Origin: the human T2T-CHM13v2.0 reference genome, Homo sapiens
Reading direction: 5' to 3' (one strand)
Length of the DNA: 64,000 bases
NCBI RefSeq assembly: GCF_009914755.1
Contig: NC_060929.1
Part shown: positions 38,828 to 52,900 of the stretch, in pieces
Numbering within the stretch: position 1 is the first letter of the stretch
Layout of the letters: each line of letters starts with the position of its first letter
Notes under the pieces: model-generated
Database searches by the model: none
The model's input: only the letters and a program-made list of their open reading frames with translations
Told to the model about the DNA's origin: nothing
Translations under genes and position numbers: made by a program

Positions 38828-40855
38828 ATAAAAATGAGTAAAACAAATAGAAAGTTTGTAAAGCCTGAGTTTGCTAAGTGTGATGGCTTCTGCTATTTTC
38901 TATTTCGTTCTAGTCTATTCTTTTCTATGTATTCTATACATTTTCTAAAAAGCTGCACCTGGCACTCTGACTTGATTTCTACGCAGGGTGCAGGATGCTG
39001 GCCAGTGGATACGTGCCTGTGGGATAACCACTCAGCCCTGTGCCTGGCCCCTGCTCACCCTAGGTCCCTTGCGGGGTTGACTTCTAGAGGCAGATGTGCC
39101 TTCTCTTCTTATACTAATGGGCAAGAATGGGCCACAGGCAGGTTGTTTTTGTTTTTGAATCTTTTCTCTTGATTATAGACCCCTGAAAGCAGGCTACAAA
39201 GCACAGGCGGCCATGTCCCTCATCTGGCCAAATGCCCTTCTTCCCAACTTCCCACTTGCCAAAAGCCAGACAGGGCCTCTAACGCGCGCGCCCACTGTCT
39301 TGTTTCCTGGGGTACACGGGCACACGCTACTTGTGGGGGCTTGCTCCTTTGGGACGATATACATGACCTGGTTTGAAAGTGAATGGAAACACCACTGTCC
39401 TCTTTAGCGAATAGCTGGATGGCCCGGAATCTGCCATGCCTCTCCAGTCAGGAGCTGGGGCCACGCCATGGGACCATAGAGGCAAACAACTTCCGTAGAG
39501 CAAACAAAAAGACGATGTCATCTGTGGCTTCGTGTGTTTGCAGAGGAAGGTTTACTTTTCAACGACTGCCATTTTTATTTATTTATTTATTTCTAAGAAT
39601 CTCCACTTTTGCATTCTTTCATGGAGCTAGGACAAAAGGCTTTTCTAAGATTTTTTGTTGTCGTTTTTTGTTTCTAATTTCAGAGCCAATAACAGCAGCT
39701 GCTTTTCAGTGTCTCTGTGGGAAGCCACCTTTTAATCATTCTATTTGGGCTTGGATACGTGGTCGTCAAATGTTTACATTAAGAAGTATACAGTGAGCCT
39801 TCCCTTTAGAAGCAAATGAGTAGTCGGGCGGCGTGAGAATCCGACTCGATCTGAATATTGATGATCTCGCTCTCCGAGTCTCTCCGGGGCTGGGGGTGTG
39901 AGGTGTTGATCATTGCTTCTTACTGATAAGCAGAATATTTCCAGAGCGTGAAGACTTCTGTGGTGTGTGGAGAGGATAACTGTAATCTGCACCCGCACGC
40001 CAAGCGCTCGCTGCCATTTGCATGGCCAAGCAGCCCACGTTATGCTAAGCTCTCCATTAGAGACGCGCGAAAGGTCTCCCCTCATTTGAATAAGGCCTCT
40101 TCTGCATGTGAAAAAAGAGCACTGAAAGGGAACGCTCCTTTAATTAGGGTGGCATTTGGAAGCAGAGGCCTTCAGTGTTCACTTTTTGTGATGCTAAATT
40201 GTCGAGCATTTTCAAATGTGTTGTAATTGTCGTTTCCATTAAACATTTTTATTTCTATTTATTTTTCAAAGCGCGAGTGGCAGGCGTATCACAGAGAGTG
40301 AGGGAGTTGATGACTTTGGCTATCTAGATTATGGTAAATTTAAATCAAACTGTTCAATGCAATGTAGAAATATGTTTAAATATAGGATTAGAGTGTCGGA
40401 AGCTGTCAGAAGATCAAAAGGGCTGGTTCACAAAGTCATGCTGGAAAGGAGTAGAGAGTTACTGGGGAATCCTACAGCAAAATGATTATGAAGTGTTTTG
40501 AGTATATTTCATCCAATCTGACTCTTAAGATAGAAGTCAGCATCGCTGAGAGTGCTGGGAGCCATGGTGGTCACTGTCTTCAGCACACACAAGAAATGAC
40601 ATGTTCGGCTTAAAAGCTGTGTCCTGAACAATGACGCAGAAGCTCCCAGGAGGCACCCAGCAACCCTAGAGGCTGATGGACACCAATATGAATATGGATT
40701 TCTAAACCCATGTTGGATTCCTCTCTGTTTCTATTTTTCATTTTTGTTTTTTAAACAAAAGCAAATTTAAACCTGCCAAGTTTCAAGTAGGCCTGGGAAG
40801 GTCAGATTTGACTTCTTGGAAGGTAGTCCAGCAGTACTATAAGAAACGAGCCTGG

Positions 40856-41383
<528 letters not shown>

Positions 41384-42189
41384 TTAGCAGGCACACCTGT
41401 CTTAAGAAGCTGAACCTGCCCTAATTTTTTGGCTTTTAATAAGATCCTTTTAATATTTTCAATATACCTGTGAAGGTGTTCGTGTCTGAAACACTTCATT
41501 TGTGCAGTAATTGCAGTTTTAGAGTAAGATGGTTCAAAATAAGTCAGCAATCAATCCAGGGTTAAGAAATGTCTTATTTTTATTCCTAGACGAATCTGCC
41601 AGACTTTCCTATTGTATTTGTTGATTCATGGATCCTTTCTCTGTCTCCCTGAGTCTTTCTCTGTCACTTGCCTTAACTTCTATTCAAATACAGATTCTAA
41701 GAATTGGGTTTTTTAATCAAGACGGATCATTTATCACGATTTAATATGAATTTGTATGACTGTTTTTTACAAGTATGATTTTATGAATTACTCTTCATTT
41801 AAATAAGCATACCACCAATCATTAAGCTTTTTCTCTTATAAACAGTTTTATGTCTCTGACTCGTGCAGGTTTGCAAAATGTCATGTTACAGTATTTGTCT
41901 CACCGTGCCCCTTAAAGACACTTAATTAAATTTAAGTGCTTGTAAGTATATCTTTGCTTCCATTTTAGACATTTTAAAGTGTGTTTTGAAAATACAAAAT
42001 ACACAGTTGACAGCTCATTGCAACAACAAGAAGCCATTTCTGGGCACAGGACTGGAGGGAAAGGGAGGAGTGTCACAAGAGGAGCCGTGGAGCCCGGAAC
42101 TTCTCATGGCCACGGCATGACGTGGATCAGCCCAGTCCACGGAAGCCACCGTGGCACCAGCAGGGGAGAGGCACAGGGGCGGCCAGCAC

Positions 42190-42302
42190 AGGCGTCTGAG
42201 TCAAACAGAGCTGTATGTAAATTATGGCCTCTCCATCCCCTCACTGTTACTCCATTCGAAACTATGTCCCTCCCAGTCTCCATCTGTGAAGTGGGGATAA
42301 GG
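42190..42302 (+). mobile_element. MIR fragment
   Basis: TCTGAGTCAAACAGAGCTG...CAGTCTCCATCTGTGAAGTGGGGATAA. Confidence 0.55.
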
Positions 42303-42355
42303 CAGCGACCTCCCGTGCACGCATTCATGGAGACCGCGTGTGCCCAGTTTGGTTT

Positions 42356-43061
42356 TGTTAGCGGCGGCGCATTCTCACAGGTCTGCAGCAACCTTAGTTC
42401 TTGCCTCCTCCGAAGAAATAATTTGACCAAGGAGGCGTAAGGTAGAAGGAGATACCGAGGCAAGTTTCAGAGCAGGAGTGAATGTTTATTAAAAGGTTTT
42501 AAAGCAGGAACCAAAGGAAGTAAAATACACTTGGAAGGGAGCCAGAAGGGTGACTCGAGAGATCAAGTGCGCAGTTTGACCTTTGACTTGGGGTTTTATA
42601 TGTTGGCGTACTTCCGGGGTCCTGCGTCCCTTCTCGCGATTTTTCGCGTGGGTGGGGCTGTCTGCGTGCGCTGGGGCCTGCCAGCCTTTGGGAGGGGAGC
42701 ATGCGCAGTGTGTTCACTGGAGTTGTGCGCATACTCACTTCGAGGCGTTCTTCCACTACCGGTCCAATGTTCCTAGAAGGTCGTTTACCAGTTAAAAGCT
42801 GCTATTTTGTCTCTTAATATGCATGCTTGAGCCCACTCACCCAGAACCTGAGATCTTACTGGGAAGTGCTGATTACGTTTCAGTTTTTTTTGTATCTATT
42901 GGGAGACTGCCTTTCCCTAGCGCTGGCTGCGACCAATTATTATTTTAGAGAGACAGTGTAACAGCTGCCTGACCATCACCTGATGGCCGCCTGACATTCC
43001 TGGGGGTGGTGGGGGCCCCTGTCCTGCCCTGCTCATGTCTGACTAGCTACCTACAGTAACA
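42356..43061 (-). mobile_element. MER50 ERV1 solo LTR, full length
   Basis: Minus strand starts TGTTACTGTAGGTAGCTAGTCAGACATGAGCAGGGCAGG and ends ...GGTTGCTGCAGACC...CGCCGCCGCTAACA. TATA (plus-strand TTTTATAT ~42594-42601) and AATAAA (plus-strand TTTATT 42485-42490). 4-bp flanks GTTT/GCTT. Confidence 0.92.
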
Positions 43062-44597
43062 GCTTGGTGTTGGAACGTGGCCACCCTCAGTCCCTGGGAA
43101 CCGTCCAGATCACGTTTCCCTGGAGCGGGTTCCCTAACATAAACCACAGGGTGCACATTCCGAAAACCCTCGGGTATCCCATAAAGTTTCTAAAGGCTGC
43201 TGAGAGGATGTTTTTTGTGTATTTCGAATAATTCTGAGGGATGTAGATACATGAAAACTATTAGGAAATATTTTATTCATTTTATTGATTATTTAATGAG
43301 TCTAATTCAAAGACCCATTAATCTTTCTATAGACTTAGAGAATCTGTAGCTGAAGCCCCAGAAGGACTGTTGCTGTGATGGGGTGGGTGAAGCCAGACGT
43401 GAGAGATGTTGTAGACTCTGCCTCTGACATCTCAGGGCATGTCTCAGAGAGTCGGGAAATAGTTTGTGTGCTCTGATTTAATATGTGATCCAAAATCATT
43501 GCTTATTTTTGCCAGAAGATTTGATTTTGACTTTTCGATAATTCTACAGGCAATGCAATTTGTGGACAAGCCCATGAAACCCAAAGGTGAAAAAGGGAAA
43601 CAGGTTTACACAGACAGCCCTTCCTGCCACGTCTCCAGACATTCCTGCTGGAATCTAATCACCTTTGTCTTTAACCAGGCTTCCTGCCCACATCTTACCA
43701 GGTGATCACAGGTGTCAGTTGGTGTCTCGCCACTCCCTGAGGGTGGATATACTTGTCTAATATACCCAGACTCTTGAATTGTCTAGATTGCTACCCCTGT
43801 GGATTTAAAAAGAAGGTGACTTTTTAAAAATACTCTTGACTTTTGTTGATAATGATGAGAATTGACCATAGATTCCTATTTTCCACATGCAGTTCTGTTC
43901 TAGCAGCAAAGTTTGCTTTACTTTCCTGAGGATACGCACGTGCACCCTGGATCTCATCTCCACATGCAGGGTGGTGGGTCCCTTCCATTTCTATTTCCTG
44001 GCTCATCACCTGTCTTCATGCTTGGGACTACCTTTCTGTTGAAGGTGAGCATGTACTCACATACAATCTGCAGAGCTGAAAGTGTGTTAATCATCATGGT
44101 ATGAAGAGTTGAGGCTACACTGGTGTTCCGTGCCATTTCTCTTCTTTTGCACCCCGTTGTGTGGTTGCTTTTTACCCCTTGTCTGTGCAGTCCTCATTGT
44201 TGGTAAATGACAATGTGGAGACCCGTGGCCCCTTCACTTCCTGCGACCCACAGGACTGTTTCATTAAGATTCCCTTAAGAATCATAAAGTGTCCAAAATG
44301 GAGCACTGGACAAAGGCAGCCCCATGTCTGTGGTCGGGAGCTGCAGGACGTTAGAAATCGATGTTGGTCCTGGTCGGCCCGGCTGCCCAGCTGCTGGCAC
44401 TAAAGGGGCCCCTCAGCTCAGTCCAGCAGCCCTTGCAGGATGCCTGCTTCATGCTGGGAAGAGCATCCAAGGCCAGTGTGAGCCCCCAGAGACACCCAAG
44501 TGAACCCCAGTTCCTGCCAACTCACCCTCATAGCTGCACTGCTCCTCCTGCTCCTAGTGCTTCCTTCCCGCTGGGACAGCCGAGCCCATCCCAGTGG

Positions 44598-46916
44598 TGA
44601 TGGTGGTGGCAGCCCATCTGGAACAGCCACTGTGGAGATGCCAGCTGAGTGGGGGAGGCATGGCCAGGGCTGCATACTCTGTGGAGCTGGTGGGGGCCGA
44701 GAGCAGGTGGGAGCCCCTCCCCCTACTGAGTTGGCAGTGCAGGAGCCCCACACTCCTGGGCACAGCTGCAGCCACCCAGCTGTGGCTCTAGACCTGGGCA
44801 TCCCTGCACTCTCAGGAGCCTGGGAAGCCCCTGCTCCCACAGGCTTGGAAGTGCCTGCTCCTGCTCCCTGGCCTCTCCCCACTCCTAGCACCTGCATGAA
44901 GACAGGTGATGAGCCAGTGCAGAGCAAAGTTGTGGCCAAGTCTGAGTGCTGTTGCAACCCAGCCAGGTGTGTGCCTGTTTAGGGCAGTGCTGACATGCCA
45001 GCCCCCTTCTGCCTTGGCCTCCTCTGAAGACTTTGGGTGCCAGCGAGCTCAGGGAGAGAGGATGGGATGGCTCAAGGTGACTCAGCACTGGCCTGCAGGC
45101 ACCCCACAGCACGGACAGCCTGGACACTGCAGAAGGCATGTTGATGGTTGTGGGAGGCAGAGATGTTCCTAGGCAGGAAAGGGCAGATCCCTGGTGAAAC
45201 CCCACCTTTAAGGCAGGAACCACCTGGAGCCTGGAGGCTAGGCTTCCGGTTCTGGGTAGAGTCTGCGTCCTGGAGTGAGAACTTATGGTGCTTTTTCCAG
45301 GCCCACCTATGGCTTCCCATGGACCAATCAGCACGTACTTCCTCACTTCTGAATCCATAAAAATCCCTGACTCAGCTAGACTCCATGCTCTTTGGGACGA
45401 CCTGACTGCAGATAGGAGCCACCCACTTCAGGATTCCTCTACTTTGTTTGAGACGACCTGCCTGTGGATAGGAGCTACCCATTTCTGGTCTCCTCTACAC
45501 TCTTCAGGACAACCTGTCCACACATAGCAGCTACCCACATCGGGACTTCTCTATATTCTTCAGGAAAACCTGCACATGGATTGGAGCTACCCACGTTGGG
45601 AGTCCTCTACATTCTTCAGGATGACCTGCCTGTGGAGAGGAGTTACCCATTTCAAGTCTCTACACTCTTAGGGATGACTGCCCACAGATGGGAGCTATCC
45701 ACTTCAAGTCTCCTCTATACTCTTCAGGACAACCTGCCTGTGGATAGGAGCTACCCACTTCAGGATGCCTCTAAACTCTCTGGATGATCTGCCTGTAGAT
45801 AGCAGCTACCCACTTCAAGACTTTTCTAAACTCTTCAGGACAACCCACCCATAGATTGGAGCTACCCAAATTTGGACTCCACTACACTCTTTGGGATGAC
45901 CTGCCTGTGGATAGGAGTTAGCCACTTTGAGTCTCTATACTCTTAGGGGTGACCTGTCTACAGATAGGAGCTACACACTTCAGGTCCCCTCTCTGCTGAG
46001 ACCTGTTCTGTCACTCAGTAAAGCTCCTCCTCACATTGCTCAACCTCCAGTTGTCCATGTAGCTTCATTCTTCCTGGACATGGGACAAGAACTTGGGACC
46101 TACTGAACAACAGGAGCGAAAAGAGCTGTTACCCATTCCTGGATGGCTGGCTGAGCTGTGGGCAATGACAAGCTCCTGGACTGTGGGAGTGAAGAGTGGC
46201 ACCCCTTCTGGGGGCCCAGACCTCAGGATTCCCTGAGCCAGAGCTGCTGTAACACTATAGTCCTCACACCCTCCAACAGTGCCGGGTGGCTGCCCCACAC
46301 GACAGGAAGCAGTAGCAGGGCCAGGTCAGCCCAGCGGCTGCAGGCTGGGGAGGCATAGCAGGACTGAAGGAGCTGTAACACAAACAGACTGAAACACACA
46401 AACACTGGAAACACCTCCCTGCTCACCACGCTTCAGGTGGCAAAAAGGAGAGAAGAGCTGAAGCCCTTCTGGGATCCCAGACCTTGGGGCTCCACAAGCC
46501 TGAGCTGTGACATGCTGTAACACCCTCTCTGGGGTTCTGTGGTTTTTGGCATCTTCAAGCTTTTGGGCACTACCATGTTCCCTGGCGCCTTCAGCAGAAA
46601 CTGTTTGCGATACGCCTGGTCCAGTTGCAGCGTCACACAGAGCTGGCATCTGTGCTGGTACCAGGAGCTGCCCACCCACTGGCACTGCGCAGTGGCTGGA
46701 CCTGTGCTTGCTCGGTCTTACACCCCCTTGCTGCTCCATGCCTGGCTCACCCTTGGCAGGTGTGGGATCTGGGCTGGTAGCGAGAGCCAAGCACAGCCTG
46801 CCAGGCCGAGTGGGTGGAATGAGCCCAGTGGGAGCAAACAAAACCAAAGCAGAGGGACCGCCAGCCATCATGGAGGTTTCCTGCTGGAGAAGTGACATCC
46901 TAAGGACCCTGTGACA
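44598..46916 (+). mobile_element. MER52D-like ERV1 solo LTR with internal tandem expansion
   Basis: Starts TGATGGTGGTGGCAGCCCATCTGG; contains GGAGGCAGAGATGTTCCTAGGCAG...GGTGAAACCCCACCTT and a CCAAT box ~45325; ends GAGGTTTCCTGCTGG...GGACCCTGTGACA. Confidence 0.9.
45388..45995 (+). repeat. ~55-bp diverged tandem repeat, 11 copies, inside MER52
   Basis: TCTTCAGGACAACCTGCCTGTGGATAGGAGCTACCCACTTCAGG..CTCTACAC units. Confidence 0.93.
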
Positions 46917-47939
46917 GCCATATCCTCGCAGCCTCACGTCCTCACTGCATCTCAGGGGGAAGATACCCACCTGGGCGTCAGTAACAGCTGCTTTCCACCT
47001 TGGGAGAGTTTGCAAGAGAAAGAGAAAGAGAAAGAACAAGAAAAAGATAATGAAAGCCAGAAAAAATGAAAAAGTAAGAGGGAATTTTACTGATTAGAAA
47101 TAGAAAACAAGCCTGCAGCTCAGGTCTCTGGCTGCCCTGAGGACACACAGAGCAGAGGAGGTGGCGGTTCACCATGAGCTCCTGCACCGGCTGCACTCAG
47201 ACCCATGGTGACCACACAGGTCTGAACAAAGGGATCCAAAGTGCCTGGCCAGTTTCTCCTTTCTTCTGTAAAATAATTGATTCTTAAATCTCTCAAATGG
47301 ATATATATATATTTATTTTCCTGAACATACTACATATATGCACATACTATGTATATTCACATAATGCTATCTTGCATATACTATATAGACACACATATAC
47401 AATATATTCACATTCACACACTGTGTCCATCTATGCTACATGTAAAACATATGCACACTCAATACACACACACGATGTGCCAAGCCCTGATCCAGGTCCT
47501 TGCATACTTTGACCTGTTCTTCACCTTCACTCTACATAGTTGGTTTCATTTTCTCTCCAATCCTATAGTTGGAGAGAGTCAAAATCAAAAGATTAGGCAC
47601 TGGGGCTGAGGTCCTCCAGCTAGAGACAGTCTGGCCAGGAGTTATACCTTGTTCTGGCTCCAGGTCTGGGCTCCGAGGTACCCTCCAGCACTGCTTATTG
47701 CAGTGATACCTCTGGGAAAGATGCTGCCAAATCAGCCAGAAAAACAGATCAGAACTATAGCTGGCCTTTGGGATAAAGTTTTCAACAATTTCAAAGGCAG
47801 AATTCTGCTCCTAGGCCTTTCAGTGAATACAGCCACCAGGCCGCTTACCTTAGGCTGCCCATGACTCTGCAGTCTCCATTCCTGAGAAGTCCTCATGAAG
47901 CCTGAGACAACAGCATGATCCCCACACCTCTATCATGTT

Positions 47940-49795
47940 CTACCATTGTAGAAATGCTTGCCCATGCAATCAAACAAGACAAACAAACAATAAACACTGA
48001 GAGGAGAATAAAATGATACTTATTTGATAAACAAGTCTACAGGTCAGAAAAAATAAACATTCTAGATTTTTGTAGATTCTGAATTTTAGAATCTTGCAAA
48101 CACTTAAAAACTTTTTGCACTATCTTAACTTTGACACTAAATATCAAGATCAATTTTGTGGATGACAAAAATGCATAAGGCTTTGGGATGATAGTGAACC
48201 AATGGGGCAGGTAAATCTGCTCTAATAAAGGTTTCATTCTGCCTATGTATTAAGTTAAATATATACTGCAGTATATTTTAAGTGCTAAGTAAATTATATA
48301 AATAATGAAGTTTGGGGAAAAAAAGAAGAAATGAGATTTATTTGAGGCAATCTAGTTTTTAATTAATTTTAATTAAAATAATATATGACCTCATCCAACT
48401 TAAGGGAAATAACTTAAAATTATTACAAATAATATGAGAGTTCAGGAAGATACTCCGTTATAGAGTAGATCTTCAAAAAGTAATAAAGTAGTAGACGTTT
48501 AATAACGTGACTGAGAATGTAATGAAAAAATCATACAATTTCAGCAATTAATTAATTAATAGCTATAGGAAAACAACAGAAAATGTAGAAACTATAAGTG
48601 CAATGCTAAAACTTTTTGGATATGTTTTCTTCTTAATTTTGTATTATGTCTCATGATTCTGGATAGAAGAAATCGTTAAATTACTCCACATTTAGTGTAA
48701 CATCATCCTACATTTCGACAGGTTTTTTAACTTCACAAAATGATTCTGAAGTTTACCTGCAGGTATACACTTGAGAATTACTAGGAATATTTTTGAAAAG
48801 ATGACTAATGAGGATGAGGGGGAATTTGTATTAGCAGACCAAAGAATATGAGGTAAGGTTAAAATAATCAAAACAGTATATGTACTAGGATTAACAGACA
48901 TGTCCACCAAACAAAATTAAAAATGCAGGGACAGCATAAAGAATTTGATAAACTTGACATTACAAATTGGTACAGAAAGGATATTTGTTGATATTTGTTG
49001 AAAATATTATATTTATATGACTAGCTTTGTGTGTGTGTGTGTGCGTGTGTGTGTGTGTGATGGAGTCTCACTCTTATCATCCAGCCTGGAAATACAATGG
49101 CACAATCTCGGCTCACTGCAACCTCCACCTCCTGAGTTGGTGATTCTCCTGCCTCAGCCTCCCCAGTAGCTGGGATTACAGGTGCCCACCACCATGCCCA
49201 GCTAACTTTTGTGTTTTTCATAGAGATGGGGTTTCGCCATGTTGGCCAGGCTGGTCTCGAACTCCTGACCTCAGGTGATCCGTCCACCTCAGCTTCCCAA
49301 AGTGCTGGGATTACAGGCGTGAGCCACCCTGTCTGGCCTGACTGGCTAATTTTTTGAAAAAGATAAATATAGATGGCAATTACACTACTGATTTAAAAAA
49401 AGAACTAAATCAAAATATTAAATAAAAAATACCCAGTAATGTTCTGAGACGAATTTTAAGTATTTATTTCATCTTTGGATGAATTCAAGATTACTAAGCA
49501 TGTCACCAGGGGCAGAAACAAGGAGTTTCCTTGATTTTACTATGTAAAAATTGTTAAAATCCCATAGAAAATTAATATGATAATTGATGTTAAAACATAA
49601 ACACTAATTTGGCAAAGTAACAAGTGTGGCACCTACGAGTTAGTACCTCAGTGTAAAAAGTGTTAATATAAATAAAGAGACCACAGTGATTTTTAAAAAA
49701 TGGGCAAAGGCTATGAACAGATCATGCACAAAAGCGAAAACGTAAGCAGATGAAAATTAAATAAAAATCCTGCAGGCTAATTAGTAATCAAAGAA
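47940..49795 (+). mobile_element. Old L1M fragments (interrupted by an Alu)
   Basis: AAAATGATTCTGAAGTTTA, ATAATCAAAACAGTAT, AAAAAATGGGCAAAGGCTATGAACAGA, TTAGTAATCAAAGAAAT are ORF2-derived motifs. Confidence 0.6.
49028..49338 (-). mobile_element. AluS (Sq/Sp-like) SINE with a (CA)n tail
   Basis: (TG)n replaces poly-T, then GATGGAGTCTCACTCTT...CTGACCTCAGGTGATCC...GAGCCACCCTGTCTGGCC. TSD TGACT(A/G)GCT. Confidence 0.95.
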
Positions 49796-49799
49796 ATAG

Positions 49800-50232
49800 T
49801 ACTGCTATCACAAATTACCATACATTTATTTAGTGGCTTAAAACAGCACAGATTTATCACCTTATATTTCTGTTGGTTATAATCTTACACAGGTCTCACT
49901 GGCTAAAATCAAGATGTTGGCAGGACCACGTTCCTTTCTGGAGGTCTAAAAGAGACTCTGTTGCCCTGACTTTTCACCTTCTAGGACCCTTCCACATTTC
50001 TTGCCTCATGACCACTTCCACGCAGCCGTGTCTCTGGTTCTCTGGCCATCCTCCCACAACCTGGAGAGTTTCCACTTCGAAGGTAAGGCTCTCCAGGGTA
50101 ATCCAGGATATTCCATCTCAAGGTTCCCACCTTAAGCATGCCTGCAAAGTGGCTTTTCCCAGGTAGGGCAACATTCAGTTTCCAGGGATTAGGATGTGAA
50201 CAACTTTGTGAGGTGATCATTGTATCTACTAT
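49800..50232 (-). mobile_element. MLT1D-like MaLR LTR
   Basis: ACAAATTACCA...TAGTGGCTTAAAACAGCACAGATTTATC...GGCTAAAATCAAGATGTTGGCAGG...TAATCCAGGATA...TTCCAGGGATTAGGATGTG. Confidence 0.85.
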
Positions 50233-50834
50233 AGGCATATAAAAAAATTCAATATACCTTAATAGAATATGAGGATATTATAATTTTATATATAACATAT
50301 AATTATTATAAAATATGTATATAATAAAGGGATAATCAATTTCCTAATGAATTATTTGACATCTGCTGAGATGACATAATGTTTTCCAAGAATCTGTTAA
50401 TCTGGTGAATTATCATGGACTAATTTTTTCAATATTAAACAAACATTTTATTCCTGGGAAAAACAACTTGTTATGATGTATTATGATTTTTGTATTTCCT
50501 GTATTTAGTTTGATAATATTTTATTATGATTTCGGCATCTATGTCCATAAGTGAGATGCACTTACAGCTTTTTTCTTTCAGACCAACCCTGTTATGTTTG
50601 ATATCAAGATTTGTCAGACTTGTAAAGCAAATTGAAGAAAACTTCTTTTCTTCTCCTCCTCCTCCTCATCTCCCCCTTTCCTCTTCTTCTTCCTCTGAGA
50701 GAGTCTGTATAAAATAGAGATTATTTTTCTTGCCTGTTTCATAGAACTCGCTGTTCAAACCATTGTGCTAGAATTTTTCTTTGTGAGAAGATATTTATTT
50801 ACTAATTCCTTTTCTTTTATGTGTGTATGACTAA

Positions 50835-51208
<374 letters not shown>

Positions 51209-51545
51209 TCTACTTTGTCTAAGAGTTTTAATTAATGGGAGTGCATTTATTTATATATAATTATCTCTTCTAATTACTGTATTGCTGCTTTTCATACAAA
51301 ATCTTTAATCACTTTATGTCTCAGTAAAATGGATTTTACCTACTTTATAATTATCATTAAAGTTTAATAATTTAATATATATACAAATCATAGAGCACTG
51401 CTTGCACATGGTAAATGCTATATAAGTGATTGTTATTGACATAATTCAACTTTCAATATTTTTAAAATTTCACAGCAATTTTTTCTCTGACCTGTGAGGT
51501 ACTTAGAAGTGTTATTCCTAATTTCCAAAAACATATTTCTCTAGC

Positions 51546-51645
51546 TAGCTGTTCCTCAACTTATCATGGGGGCTACATCCCACAATAAACCCATGATAAA
51601 GTTGAAAAATTGTAAGCTGAACCATCATAAGTCAGAGACTGTCTG
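51546..51645 (+). mobile_element. MER47C-like TcMar-Tigger MITE
   Basis: TTCCTCAACTTATCATGGGG...ACATCCC..ATAAACCCAT...GAACCATCATAAGTCAGAGACTGTCTG followed by TA. Confidence 0.8.
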
Positions 51646-52611
51646 TATATGTTTTCAATAGTACCTATTTATTCACTATTAATTTTTGATTTTACTTCAT
51701 GGTGGCCAAAAACATGTATTTTCTAAAATACAACCTGAAGAGATTTGTCAAAGTTTGCATAATGGGCTAATATGTGGATGAACTATCTTACTGTTGCATC
51801 TTAAAACCCATGTGTGCTTGGTGCTACATGTATGTATTCTTTTGTTGTTAAAAGCACTGTTCTATGGATTTCTTTTAAATTAGTCTTACTAATTATGCTG
51901 TTCAAATATTCTAATTTTTGAAATATACTTTTCTATCAATTATTATAGAGTATGGGTAAAAATCTACTATGATTGTGGATTTTGTGGATTTGTGCATTGA
52001 TCCTTTAAATTAAATGAATGTTGGCATTATATATTTAAGTCTGTGTTATTAAGTTTATACAAGTTTAAATTTGTTATATCATCTTTCTGAATGGCAGTTT
52101 ATCAATATCTCATTACTTTGTCAGGTCTATACTCTTTCAATACAATTAAAACAGCTTTTTAAGTTTTCACAAATATTTTTCTGGTATAGATTTTTTCATC
52201 CTTTTGTTTTCTACCTTTTGTATTTTTATGGTTTTAATTGTCTCTTCAAAATGGCTTATAGCTTTCATTTTTTCTTAATCCAGTTTGATAATTTCAGACT
52301 TTTATTAGAGTATTTAGTCTATTTGCACTAATTGTATTTAAGGATTTATTTAGATTTATTCCTATCATTATTTTTTATATTTTCTTCTTTTGTATATTGC
52401 TTTTTCTCTTCTCTTTTGCTTTATTTGGATTGATTGAGCACTTTTCATTCATTTGATCATTTCCTCTAGTAGTAGGGAAGTGGTTTTTGTCATGATAGAC
52501 TCAGGTATACTCGGGGTGGTGGTTCAAACCAAGATACTTTTGTGAATGGGAGGATCCACTGTTCATAATTATGCTAGGAACAAACCCTGACTGTTCTGTG
52601 CACACCACAAA

Positions 52612-52900
52612 ATATATCAGCTTTAAATATACAGCAGTAATAAACAACCTTAAAGTATCGGTAACTGAGCAACAACAAAAAGTGTATTTCTCATTCCGGC
52701 TACATGCCCATTGAGAGTCAGCAGGACAGGCTCTCCAGGTCATTGTTTTTGAGGGACCCGGCCTGATGTACGCTCTACCTTACCCCGTGATTTTATGACC
52801 TCGCAGTAGTGGGAAGTCAAAATCACATGGTGATTTTGGCAGTGCTCTCCCATGATGTAAAATATGCATGGGGTATCCAAATGCAGGAGCTGAGGAGATT
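52612..52900 (-). mobile_element. Old MLT1 (J/K/L-like) MaLR fragment
   Basis: GCAGTAATAAACAACCTTAAA...CAACAACAAAAAGTGTATTTCTCATTC...ACATGCCCAT...GGGACCCGGCCTGATG. Confidence 0.6.

Noticed and set aside
44361-47039. Cluster of 150-237 aa ORFs
   Set aside because: They lie within the GC-rich MER52 LTR, with no gag/pol/env similarity.
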